Positions 50,965-58,985 of a DNA stretch of 64,000 nt are shown here, in pieces (the stretch's first letter is position 1; each line of letters begins with the position of its first letter). The notes under the pieces were generated by a model that saw only the letters and a program-made list of their open reading frames with translations, searched no databases and had not been told where the DNA came from. This stretch comes from an uncultured Bdellovibrionales bacterium (GTDB taxonomy: Bacteria; Patescibacteriota; Minisyncoccia; Moranbacterales; UBA1568): NCBI GenBank assembly GCA_964451495.1, contig CAYVHS010000005.1:8926-72925 (forward strand), read 5' to 3'. The translations under genes and the position numbers were made by a program.

Positions 50965-51351
50965 CTATTTCTCTCCAGCTGCTGCCGCCATTGCTCTAGC
51001 CCGCCTCTTCCTGAGATTTTTCCTAGCTTCCAAAAGGAAAACGCTCTGGCGCCGCTGTTCGATGAAACCAGCCGGAGAAATAGGCCCCGAAGTACCATTA
51101 CGCTTGAAAAAGCGAAAAGTGTAGCGGGCATCGCTTTGTTTGGCTGCCCGGAGCTTGGCTACAAAATGCCCCGGAATCTCCCAGACATCACGTCTTTTAC
51201 CATCGCTACACAGCATGTCGGGATGTTTGACCCCTTCGGCCTCACCAATCCCAATCTCGGCCAGCGCTGCTGCGAGACTCTCGTTTGGAATCTGATTATT
51301 GCCGCACCCGATGAACCACTGCACATTCGCCTTCTTTTTCTCTGTTGCCAT
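50965..51351 (-). CDS. Hypothetical protein with a canonical promoter and RBS
   Basis: AAAGGAG 7 nt before ATG 51351 (MATEKKK...); promoter at 51409-51437. Confidence 0.55.
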   Translation of the reverse strand: MATEKKKANVQWFIGCGNNQIPNESLAAALAEIGIGEAEGVKHPDMLCSDGKRRDVWEIPGHFVAKLRAAKQSDARYTFRFFKRNGTSGPISPAGFIEQRRQSVFLLEARKNLRKRRARAMAAAAGEK

Positions 51352-51408
51352 CGCACTGCTCCTTTGCAAGATTGTTGTTCAAGAACTACTCCACTTTTAT
51401 AACTGATA

Positions 51409-51437
51409 ATACTATCGAAAAAATCACATTATGTCAA
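51409..51437 (-). promoter_or_regulatory. Promoter TTGACA, 17 nt, TAGTAT for gene 50965..51351
   Basis: Minus strand: -35 at 51432-51437, -10 at 51409-51414. Confidence 0.6.
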
Positions 51438-51463
51438 TCCAAACCCCGACCCGCTACGCTCTG

Positions 51464-51541
51464 TGTTACGTAATTTACCCTATGAAATTGCTCGTTTTGA
51501 GCACCTGCGGAGCAGGATTTCACAGGGCGAATTACGTAATT
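51464..51541. repeat. 78-nt structured inverted-repeat element: 23-nt arms (20/23) each carrying a TTACGTAA core (AATTACGTAATT is a perfect 12-mer palindrome at 51530-51541), enclosing two small hairpins
   Basis: Arms TTACGTAATTTACCCTATGAAAT and ATTTCACAGGGCGAATTACGTAA; inner TGCTC-GTTTT-GAGCA and CCTGC-GGA-GCAGG. Confidence 0.5.
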
Positions 51542-51821
51542 ATACATACTGAGAACAGAGATAGAGGAGCGCGAGATTTTCAGTCATGAGCATAGGAATA
51601 CCGATGATGAAATACCATTTGTTCGTCTTGTGCCGGAAAGCAAACATGCCGAGATACACCCCGACACTCCCGAACATCGTCGCCATGAAAAAGAGTAGGC
51701 CCTCGGAGATTCGCTCCGCCCCCAGCCGCTTCGAGCGCATCTTGTCCCAGAGCATCATGAGAAACGCCGCTGTATTAAGAGCAATATAAAGGGCTGTCAA
51801 AAAAGAGATACTATCAGTCAT
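51540..51821 (-). CDS. DUF1294 membrane protein
   Basis: LMMLWDKMRSKRLGAERISEGLLFFMATMFGSVGVYLGMFAFRHKTNKWYF matches the DUF1294 signature. Confidence 0.65.
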   Translation of the reverse strand: MTDSISFLTALYIALNTAAFLMMLWDKMRSKRLGAERISEGLLFFMATMFGSVGVYLGMFAFRHKTNKWYFIIGIPMLMTENLALLYLCSQYV

Positions 51822-52171
51822 CTTGATTTTGTTTTACGCTTTGGAACAGGCAGATGTTTCGCCGTGATACGGATAAGTTCGCAGAGCCACTCATGATCTT
51901 CGATTCGGTCCTCATCGATACGTATCGACGGTTTGGCTCCGGGATAGGCATTGCCCTCCTCGTATCCTGCACCGACGAATATCTTTCCTTCCTCGGTGAT
52001 CTTCACAAAAAGTTGATCATCACAAACGAGCGCCACAACTTTGTCGCCACAATAAAGAGCATATTCACCGAACATCTTGCGCGAATGAATCTCTGACACA
52101 TCCGCCAGCTGATCCTCAATATATTCGATAGTCGATTGCTTCGTCGCCATACTCAAATCATCATTCTTCAC
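51818..52171 (-). CDS. TfoX N-terminal-domain protein
   Basis: RKMFGEYALYCGDKVVALVCDDQLFVK resembles the TfoX_N fold. Confidence 0.55.
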   Translation of the reverse strand: MKNDDLSMATKQSTIEYIEDQLADVSEIHSRKMFGEYALYCGDKVVALVCDDQLFVKITEEGKIFVGAGYEEGNAYPGAKPSIRIDEDRIEDHEWLCELIRITAKHLPVPKRKTKSR

Positions 52172-52201
52172 CTTTCAATTATACACCACAGCGAAAGACA
52201 T

Positions 52202-52239
52202 AAAAAAACCAGGAGGCACAAAAATCTGTACCCTCCTGG
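52202..52239 (-). terminator. Rho-independent terminator (CCAGGAGG-N15-CCTCCTGG + T7 on the minus strand)
   Basis: 8-bp GC stem and a U-run directly 3' of the HIT gene. Confidence 0.7.
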
Positions 52240-52344
52240 TAAAGCGGATCACTGATTCACAGGGCCCTCTGAAACTCGACGAGCGACCAGCCTGTCAAAG
52301 ATTCAAAGGCTCGATGGTATGCTCCTATACCGGCCTTTATCCTT

Positions 52345-52809
52345 TTAGGACCTAAGTGCTTCATCGATCAATCTCTGAGTCTCATTGGGAGCAATCGTCA
52401 CGATATGTAGATCCGCAAAAGTATTCATGACAGTGACATTCTGAAATTTTCTCGGCACGACCTGCCAATGGAGGTGCGCAATCGACGCCCCGGATTCCGG
52501 ACCAGTATTGAGCCCGACATTGAACGACTGTGTCTTGAATATCCTGCCCAATACTTCCTGCGTCCGTACTAATACCACACCAAATTCCTGCCATTCCTCC
52601 ACGCTCATATCGCCAATCTTTTCGATATGCCTCATAGGAATAAGCATAACATTGCCATCCATATACGGGAAACGATTGACTACCACGCGCCAATACTTTC
52701 CAGTCAATCCCGGGCACTCCAAAACCTCGTCCCTCTCACAAAAAACACATACAGCGTCATCTGAAAATTTTCGCTTGTAACCTGCCCTGCCTGTATCGAG
52801 TATTCGCAT
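52345..52809 (-). CDS. HIT-superfamily protein of the HxHxQ (GalT/Ap4A-phosphorylase-like) branch
   Basis: IAHLHWQVVP shows the H-x-H-x-Q variant of the histidine triad. Start at the ATG at 52809. Confidence 0.65.
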   Translation of the reverse strand: MRILDTGRAGYKRKFSDDAVCVFCERDEVLECPGLTGKYWRVVVNRFPYMDGNVMLIPMRHIEKIGDMSVEEWQEFGVVLVRTQEVLGRIFKTQSFNVGLNTGPESGASIAHLHWQVVPRKFQNVTVMNTFADLHIVTIAPNETQRLIDEALRS

Positions 52810-52850
52810 AAAAAGAAATGGGCCGCTTTGAGAAACGGCCACAAATTAAT

Positions 52851-53336
52851 TCATTGATTGGTGAATCGCCTGATGATATCAGTAGTCGACTCATTCTTTG
52901 TCGCACCAAGCTCGATAATCCGAGTGCCGATGCTTGTGAGCAATGCGAAACGTCGTCTATCGTCACACACGCGAACGTGCGAAGTCGACGAGGCCACATA
53001 GATATCGGGTTTGACCGCTGTGATTAATTCGTCATCAGAATCAAAAACAACAACCCAATCTACCGGTGAAAATCCAGCCAAAGTAAAGGCTCGATCATCC
53101 TGGCCACGCACTGGTCGACTCGCACCTTTGAGTGCTCTGACTGATACATCGCTATTAATACCTACTACGAGAGTAGGCCCAAATTCTGACGCATCACAGA
53201 TATATTCGAGATGCCCGCCGTGCAAAAGATCAAAACATCCGCTCGTCAGAACAATGCTCTCGCCAGCATGTTTACCCGTCTGGCAAATCTGGGATAATTG
53301 TTCCAGTGTCGCGACTATCTTGTTTCTCGGATGCAT
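52851..53336 (-). CDS. Cytidylyl/adenylyl-transferase of the RfaE-domain-II / TagD family
   Basis: IVLTSGCFDLLHGGHLEYI carries the (H/T)xGH nucleotidyltransferase motif. Confidence 0.75.
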   Translation of the reverse strand: MHPRNKIVATLEQLSQICQTGKHAGESIVLTSGCFDLLHGGHLEYICDASEFGPTLVVGINSDVSVRALKGASRPVRGQDDRAFTLAGFSPVDWVVVFDSDDELITAVKPDIYVASSTSHVRVCDDRRRFALLTSIGTRIIELGATKNESTTDIIRRFTNQ

Positions 53337-53485
53337 GATACGTCCTCCCTATCGAAATGTACTGCTCATAAAGTACACCAAAAAATCACTAAGCGCAAGA
53401 CGGACATCCTCCGCGCCGACACCTGATGCGATACAACTGTTTCGTGATAAGAGGAGCCCTATCAAAGGATACTTCTCACGTGGCG

Positions 53486-54376
53486 TCACTGTGACTTTTT
53501 GCCTCCGAAATGTTCTAAGGCACGTAAGACTTCGATTGGCGTCACAAAAATGAGTGTATTGGACTGATCAGACGAAACATCATTGATCGTATTGAGCGTA
53601 CGCAGATGGAGCGCTCCATCGGCTGATGTGAGGATAGTCGCTGCTTTGGCCAGGTTTTCTGCCGCAATCACTTCACCCTCGGCTTTGATGATGACGGAAC
53701 GCTTCTCTCTTTCGGCTTCTGCTTGCTTGCCGATGACGCGCTTCATCTCTTCTGGTAGCGTCACGTCTTTGAGCTCGACTGAGTTGACCTTGACTCCCCA
53801 GACATCCGTGGCCGCATCCACGATAGTCCGGATGCGTTCGGCGATAGCATCACGCTTGGAAAGGAGTTCATCGAGATCGACTTCTCCGACGACATTGCGC
53901 ATTGTCGTCTGCGCCAGCTGTGACACCGCGTAGTAGACATCCTCTACTTCCAAGATAGCCTTTTCTGCTTCGGAAATCTTGTAGTAGATGACGGCGTTCA
54001 CGGTGACGGAAATATTGTCCTTGGTGATAGCTTCTTGATTCGGCACGTCTACCGCACGCACGCGCATATCGATTTTCTGATACGACTGAAATACTGGGAT
54101 AACGAGCCTCCAGCCAGGAGCCATGAGTCCGGTGAATTTTCCGATGGTAAATTTCACCCCGCGCTCATACTGATTGATCTGTTTGATAGAGAGCAACAGA
54201 ATAACGACGAGGATGATGAGCAATATAAGAGGCATATTGAATTCAAAAATATTTAAAAGCGTCATAATCGGTCCAGAAAACACAATGGCTCCAAACACGA
54301 GAAAAAACGGAAGTTTGTATTTCTCGAGAGACCGGGCGAGTTTTTCCGGGTCGATCTGACTCATGTCTTGCTTCAT
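53486..54376 (-). CDS. SPFH/band-7 (stomatin/HflKC-like) membrane protein
   Basis: N-terminal TM, SPFH core, coiled-coil C-terminus. Confidence 0.8.
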   Translation of the reverse strand: MKQDMSQIDPEKLARSLEKYKLPFFLVFGAIVFSGPIMTLLNIFEFNMPLILLIILVVILLLSIKQINQYERGVKFTIGKFTGLMAPGWRLVIPVFQSYQKIDMRVRAVDVPNQEAITKDNISVTVNAVIYYKISEAEKAILEVEDVYYAVSQLAQTTMRNVVGEVDLDELLSKRDAIAERIRTIVDAATDVWGVKVNSVELKDVTLPEEMKRVIGKQAEAEREKRSVIIKAEGEVIAAENLAKAATILTSADGALHLRTLNTINDVSSDQSNTLIFVTPIEVLRALEHFGGKKSQ

Positions 54377-54505
54377 AGATTAATTATTTAATACATAACA
54401 CACTCTCAGTATATCACTTCTCAACCACCCTTGTATCACCCCTACATCCTTCGAGTTCCCGAAAAAACGACCGCTCCCGTGCGGTAAAATACTCTACATC
54501 ACTAA

Positions 54506-54686
54506 ATATCTCGATTTACCGAGGCGGCAGAAACGGGGCAAAAGTAATCCCTAGATAATACGGCCAGATGACAGCTGCCAGCACCCCCTGCCAGAATGTC
54601 AGATGCAAGAAGCCAATAGTGAATATCCAAGCCGCTATCCACAGCCCACCCGAAAAGACATGATTTTCAATCTTGATTTTTTCCAT
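54506..54686 (-). CDS. Possible 59-aa two-helix membrane peptide (below the ORF-track cutoff)
   Basis: MEKIKIENHVFSGGLWIAAWIFTIGFLHLTFWQGVLAAVIWPYYLGITFAPFLPPR read from ATG 54686 on the minus strand. Confidence 0.3.
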
Positions 54687-54696
54687 ATGAGTATGA

Positions 54697-54918
54697 TTAT
54701 CCCTGTGCCGATGGTGTCTCTGCCTTTGCTACCGGTCGCACTGGCATGACAAAAACAGCGAAAATATAGGCGATGACGCCAGGTACAAATCCAGTAAAGA
54801 CCGTGAGTAAAACCCAAAGGAGCCGGAGAACCACCGGATCAATATCCCAATATTCCCCCAAACCGCCACACACCCCCGCCAACGTCTTATTCGTATTACT
54901 CCGATAGAGATGCTTCAT
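54697..54918 (-). CDS. PspC-domain protein
   Basis: RSNTNKTLAGVCGGLGEYWDIDPVVLRLLWVLL matches the PspC signature. Confidence 0.65.
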   Translation of the reverse strand: MKHLYRSNTNKTLAGVCGGLGEYWDIDPVVLRLLWVLLTVFTGFVPGVIAYIFAVFVMPVRPVAKAETPSAQG

Positions 54919-55007
54919 AGGTATTCGTCTTTATGGATTACATATGTAATAGTATCTTCGGCTTTGTTTTCTTTCACGAGTGCAGACCAAGTCACTCAAA
55001 GGCTGTT

Positions 55008-55604
55008 TTACTTGGGTTTGCGAACCACAAAGAAAAACAGTGTCGCCGCGATAGCCCCGAGGGTATCTGCGAGCATGTCCTTTTGCGCATCCCAGATATC
55101 ACCCTGGCTGCCCAAATAGGCCATAGCATCGGCAGCATTGGACTGTGCAGCATAGATCCACTCGACCAATTCATAACTCATGGCGATAGTCGCGATGACA
55201 AAAACAGGATACGTGAACAGCAGAAATCTATTGGCTACCAATTTTTTGCTCCAGAGCCACTCTGCGATAGCGAAGGCATAAAACCCGACCGAAAAATGTG
55301 CCATCCGATCGAAATGATTGCGAGAGAATCCGAAAAAATCAGTCACCCAATCAAACGGCACGAGCGCGAACGTATAGTGGCCTCCGATAGTATGCAAATA
55401 GATGAGCACAAACATGAGCGCATACGCGAGCCTCGAAAAGCACACCCCTCCCCAGTACAGGCCGCAGATGACCGCGAGAATAATCCAGACCGTCACATTC
55501 TCGGCAAACCAGGTCGTCCGGTCTATCGGATTGATAGCCAAAGCAGTAAAGAGTACGACATAGATCGCTAGCAAACCTCCCAAAAATTTTGATGAATTCT
55601 CCAT
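55008..55604 (-). CDS. DUF2238 (YjdF-like) membrane protein
   Basis: Multiple TM helices; HTIGGHYTF...RNHFDRMAHFS motifs. Confidence 0.6.
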   Translation of the reverse strand: MENSSKFLGGLLAIYVVLFTALAINPIDRTTWFAENVTVWIILAVICGLYWGGVCFSRLAYALMFVLIYLHTIGGHYTFALVPFDWVTDFFGFSRNHFDRMAHFSVGFYAFAIAEWLWSKKLVANRFLLFTYPVFVIATIAMSYELVEWIYAAQSNAADAMAYLGSQGDIWDAQKDMLADTLGAIAATLFFFVVRKPK

Positions 55605-55920
55605 ATTCTCATGCGTTATTTGTTTCCTCTATTATATCATCTCGCCAGCACCCATCCCAATCTAAAGACTAGGAATTTATATCAAAAAGGTACTTGACCC
55701 CTTTTCTTCTCGACGGCCCATTTCGACTCGAATCGAGGCGAGCACGGCGGGCGGCCGTCAGGTGAGGTAACATTTTAAAATTTGAACGAGAGGAATTGAA
55801 TATAGTTGGAAAAAAGACAACTAGAAAATAACCGATTGATCTTGACCACCACCCTACCCCCGATGAATGTCTTCGCCAGCTACAAAGATTTCGATGTATT
55901 CGCAATCATACAGGTGACTC

Positions 55921-55941
55921 ATTACGTAACTGGTTACGTAT
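55921..55941. promoter_or_regulatory. Tandem TTACGTAA-type palindromic sites (ATTACGTAAC-TG-GTTACGTAT), 12 bp centre to centre
   Basis: Same 8-mer palindrome core as in the 51464-51541 element; about 320 nt upstream of the DUF2238 gene. Confidence 0.4.
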
Positions 55942-56019
55942 ATTCTATCACCAAAAAACCCTGTCTAAAAACGAGTTTTCCCAGGAGAAATGCCTGGTGA
56001 GCGTAGTAATGTTGTAAAA

Positions 56020-56050
56020 AAAGAAGCCTATTCCCCGTTTGGGAAATAGG
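56020..56050 (-). terminator. Terminator of gene 56064..56621 (hairpin CCTATTCCC-CGTTT-GGGAAATAGG + T-run on the minus strand)
   Basis: 9-bp stem with a 1-nt bulge, followed by TTCTTTTTTT on the minus strand. Confidence 0.5.
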
Positions 56051-56063
56051 CCCTGGGCGCTGT

Positions 56064-56621
56064 TCATGGCAACGCTGAGGCGCAGATGGCCTCGCACATG
56101 ATATCAGTCAGTTTATCTGTGTTGTAGCCAAACAGTACTGGCGGACGTCCACCTGCCTCGATAGAGACTATTTGTCTCCAATCACAAGGAAGGCAAATGA
56201 TCTCGCACTGCGTATCAAGCGAAAGGCCATTGGCATAGAAGAGGTCGTCTATGGTCGTCATGTCTATACCAATGGCTCTGACGACAGAAGGAATCCTCCT
56301 CATACGACCGAAATCACTCTTCTCCCACGGAACATACTGACAATCATGCGCATGGAGATGAAACCAACCAGATACTCTCTTTGCGACATAACACTCCCCC
56401 AGGTACCGATCGTACTGATCGAGGGTTACTTCAAAAAGCAAATGCACGTACATCTCTTCCTGGGCGACATCATCCGAAACAGCATTACCGAAAAGATACA
56501 CGATAATATGCTGTTGCCGCAACAGAGCCTCCAACTCGTGAGCAAGGCGAATTGCCTGTTCTCTCGTCACATTTTCCACGGAACACTCCTCATAATAAAA
56601 AACTACCCTCCAGTATAGCAC
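56064..56621 (-). CDS. Hypothetical protein
   Basis: 185 aa; Cys/His-rich; no confident motif. Confidence 0.45.
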   Translation of the reverse strand: MLYWRVVFYYEECSVENVTREQAIRLAHELEALLRQQHIIVYLFGNAVSDDVAQEEMYVHLLFEVTLDQYDRYLGECYVAKRVSGWFHLHAHDCQYVPWEKSDFGRMRRIPSVVRAIGIDMTTIDDLFYANGLSLDTQCEIICLPCDWRQIVSIEAGGRPPVLFGYNTDKLTDIMCEAICASALP

Positions 56622-56695
56622 AAAACAGACGCTACGAATATCCTGGGCATCTGCAGCGAATTCAGACCATAAAATCCTCTTACACTGTTTTCACT

Positions 56696-56914
56696 TCAAA
56701 GCTTGCCGAGTTCTTTCAGGTCTTTGTCAGGAAGATATAAAATGAGAAGTCCCACGATAATGCCCCCCACCGAGGTATAGACCAGATTGCCACCCAGCAA
56801 TTCGATATCGATGATATCGAGGAGATGCCAGATACCGCGCCAGACGAACACTACACCGACGACAACAGCGATGTTATGTGTAAAATACCGAATGATATGA
56901 TGCCGGGTGAACAT
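56696..56914 (-). CDS. Small two-helix membrane protein
   Basis: 72-aa hydrophobic ORF. Confidence 0.35.
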   Translation of the reverse strand: MFTRHHIIRYFTHNIAVVVGVVFVWRGIWHLLDIIDIELLGGNLVYTSVGGIIVGLLILYLPDKDLKELGKL

Positions 56915-57039
56915 AAAGTATCGATTAGCAGGTTACTATGGAAGTATATCATAGACAATGGTATACGTACTCTGCATAATCTCTCATGCGTCACGAGGGG
57001 TCCTGTCTTTCATCACATACGAACTTGTCCAGGTAGCCC

Positions 57040-57612
57040 GTGCCCACGAAGAGGAGTATACTAGAAAGTGTCGTATCATTCATCTGCACGCCTATGGAAC
57101 ACAATCAACCCACCGAACAGGAAATTCCCCGTCTCCAAGCCCTGGCTCTGGCTGCTCCAGAATACCTGGGATCACCGACTTCCCTCATCATCCATACGGT
57201 ATTTTTTGTCGGGATTTTTGTGCTACAACTTTTCGGCTTCTCGTTCGACCAGGTCATGCTCATCCTGACCACGCTCGTCTCACTCGAAGCTATCTATCTT
57301 TCGCTCTTCATCCAGATCACTGTCAATCAGCATGCCAGACAGATCGAGGAAGTCAGCGAAGACGTGGAAGAGCTCGGCGAGGATGTCGAGGAGATTTCCA
57401 AGGACATCGATATCATCCAAGAAGACGTCAAAGAGATTGGTGAGGATGTCGAGGATATTTCCGAGGATGTGGAAGAGCTCGGCGAAGAAATCGAACAAGA
57501 TGACCATGAAGACGCTATCGAACGCACCGAGGATCAGAAACGTATCGATCGCATCGAATCTGCCATCGAAATTCTCCTCAAAGAAATTCAGGCTATCAAA
57601 AAAGAAAAGTAG
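57040..57612 (+). CDS. Membrane protein with an acidic tandem-repeat tail (E-D-V-E-E-[LI]-[GS] x7) and a C-terminal coiled coil
   Basis: Two TM helices, then VSEDVEELGEDVEEISKDIDIIQEDVKEIGEDVEDISEDVEELGEEIEQDD. The likely start is MEHNQ at 57094. Confidence 0.55.
   Translation: MPTKRSILESVVSFICTPMEHNQPTEQEIPRLQALALAAPEYLGSPTSLIIHTVFFVGIFVLQLFGFSFDQVMLILTTLVSLEAIYLSLFIQITVNQHARQIEEVSEDVEELGEDVEEISKDIDIIQEDVKEIGEDVEDISEDVEELGEEIEQDDHEDAIERTEDQKRIDRIESAIEILLKEIQAIKKEK
57340..57500 (+). repeat. Degenerate ~21-24-nt tandem repeats (GAAGAYGTSGARGAGMTYKSC...) encoding the acidic repeat of gene 57040..57612
   Basis: About seven imperfect in-frame copies. They also create spurious antisense ORFs (57280..57507, 57327..57527). 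Confidence 0.6.
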
Positions 57613-57678
57613 TTGTTCTGCAGACTACTCATTCATGCGCCCGGCACATCGCCGGGCTTTTCGTTTCTACAAGAAGAC

Positions 57679-58182
57679 TCATATCTTGCGACTGTCGTAG
57701 GCCCAGTGGAGCAATGCCTGACGCTGACGTGGTCGACAGAAGATATCACCCCTCCGGCAATGACGTGCGAGCTGAGCAATATGCCTCTGTATGGCTCGCC
57801 ATCGTTTGACCTGCCTTTCATCCTCGCCCGGAATGCGCCGGCCCATATAGTAGCGACAATACCACTGAAACCATCCCCGAGGATCATCGGGAAATATCCA
57901 TCCTTTGGCTCGCCAGACTGCGAGGGATTGGCTCGCATCAACATTGAAGCAATTGAGGCTTGGGTTTCGTTTCTCTGGGGAAAGTTTGGCATGAGAAAAC
58001 CAGTTTCCAGGAAATTCTTCTCGACAATCCGTCATATATTTACCACCAAAAACACCCAAAGAAAGCATCTGCTCGGGTGTCAGATCTGGCTTGAAATCAG
58101 GATGAAAATGCTTGCCTATCGGCTCGGAAAGCTCATACTGATATCCATCCTGCATCGTATCGTGCACCACGACTCGTTTCAT
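57679..58182 (-). CDS. Conserved hypothetical protein (W/R-rich; KGWIFPDDPRGWFQWYCRYYMGRR motif)
   Basis: 167-aa ORF; the motif looks like a conserved domain, but the family cannot be named from memory. Confidence 0.5.
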   Translation of the reverse strand: MKRVVVHDTMQDGYQYELSEPIGKHFHPDFKPDLTPEQMLSLGVFGGKYMTDCREEFPGNWFSHAKLSPEKRNPSLNCFNVDASQSLAVWRAKGWIFPDDPRGWFQWYCRYYMGRRIPGEDERQVKRWRAIQRHIAQLARHCRRGDIFCRPRQRQALLHWAYDSRKI

Positions 58183-58193
58183 AGGAGAAGGGT

Positions 58194-58673
58194 TTAGGAT
58201 TTTTTCAATGCTTTCACATCAGCGAGGATTTTTTCAGCGTGATCATCAGGTTTTACATTGCTATAGATCTGAGCGATCTTGCCGGTCGGTGCGATGAGAA
58301 ATGTCGTCCGGAACACACCCATATATTCACGACCCATGAATTTCTTTTTGCCCCAAACGCTATAGAGTGTCACGACTTTCTTTTCTTCATCAGAGAGGAG
58401 CGTGAATGGCAACGAAAATTTCTCGATAAATTTACGGTGTTTGAGTGCTGAGTCAGGGGAAACACCGAGTACCACGACACCGGCGCGTTTGAACTTGGCA
58501 TACCCATCACGAAACCCGCACGCCTCCATCGTACAGCCAGGAGTATTGTCTTTGGGATAAAAATACAGAACAACCCATTTGCCTTCGTACTGCTTGAGCG
58601 TGTGGATGACATCATTCTGATCAGGCAAGCTCATCGCTGGTGCTTTCTGACCTATTCTCGGTGGCATGTGCAT
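58194..58673 (-). CDS. bcp: Thiol peroxidase / peroxiredoxin Bcp
   Basis: VVLYFYPKDNTPGCTMEACGFRD carries the peroxidatic and resolving Cys. Confidence 0.85.
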   Translation of the reverse strand: MHMPPRIGQKAPAMSLPDQNDVIHTLKQYEGKWVVLYFYPKDNTPGCTMEACGFRDGYAKFKRAGVVVLGVSPDSALKHRKFIEKFSLPFTLLSDEEKKVVTLYSVWGKKKFMGREYMGVFRTTFLIAPTGKIAQIYSNVKPDDHAEKILADVKALKKS

Positions 58674-58722
58674 AGGATTGAATTCATAAATAATAAAAGG
58701 ATTGGTAACTACTACATCTGCG

Positions 58723-58977
58723 TCATAGAGCTCCTTCTCTCTTAAGCAATCGGGCTTTGACTAGTGTACCGCCACGATTATACTGCCCGAGCGTCCCATC
58801 ACTACGGATGACCCGATGGCATGGAATGGCTGGATTGAGATTCTTGCGCATAATAGAGCCGACCGCACGAGCTGCTCCCGGATTGCCAGCCTGAGCGGCT
58901 ACTTCAGCATACGAGAGCGTCTCTCCTCTAGGGATAGTGGCTACGATACCCAAAACTTTTTCGGTGAATGTCTTCAT
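58723..58977 (-). CDS. ogt: Single-domain methylated-DNA-protein-cysteine methyltransferase (C-terminal MGMT domain only, active-site Cys retained)
   Basis: 84 aa; IPRGETLSYAEVA...NPAIPCHRVI carries the PCHR active site. No N-terminal domain. Confidence 0.75.
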   Translation of the reverse strand: MKTFTEKVLGIVATIPRGETLSYAEVAAQAGNPGAARAVGSIMRKNLNPAIPCHRVIRSDGTLGQYNRGGTLVKARLLKREGAL

Positions 58978-58985
58978 GTGTTTTA

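Noticed and set aside
55715-55745. tRNA/tmRNA-like T-loop (CGACTCGAATCGAG)
   Set aside because: No 5-bp stem flanks a TTCRANY loop on either strand. No acceptor or anticodon arms could be built.
55669-55905. 78-aa minus-strand ORF
   Set aside because: Arg/Ser-rich low-complexity translation over a GC-rich structured stretch; more likely non-coding.
57280-57527. Minus-strand ORFs of 66 and 75 aa and the plus-strand 57332..57700 ORF
   Set aside because: By-products of the nucleotide tandem repeat inside gene 57040..57612.
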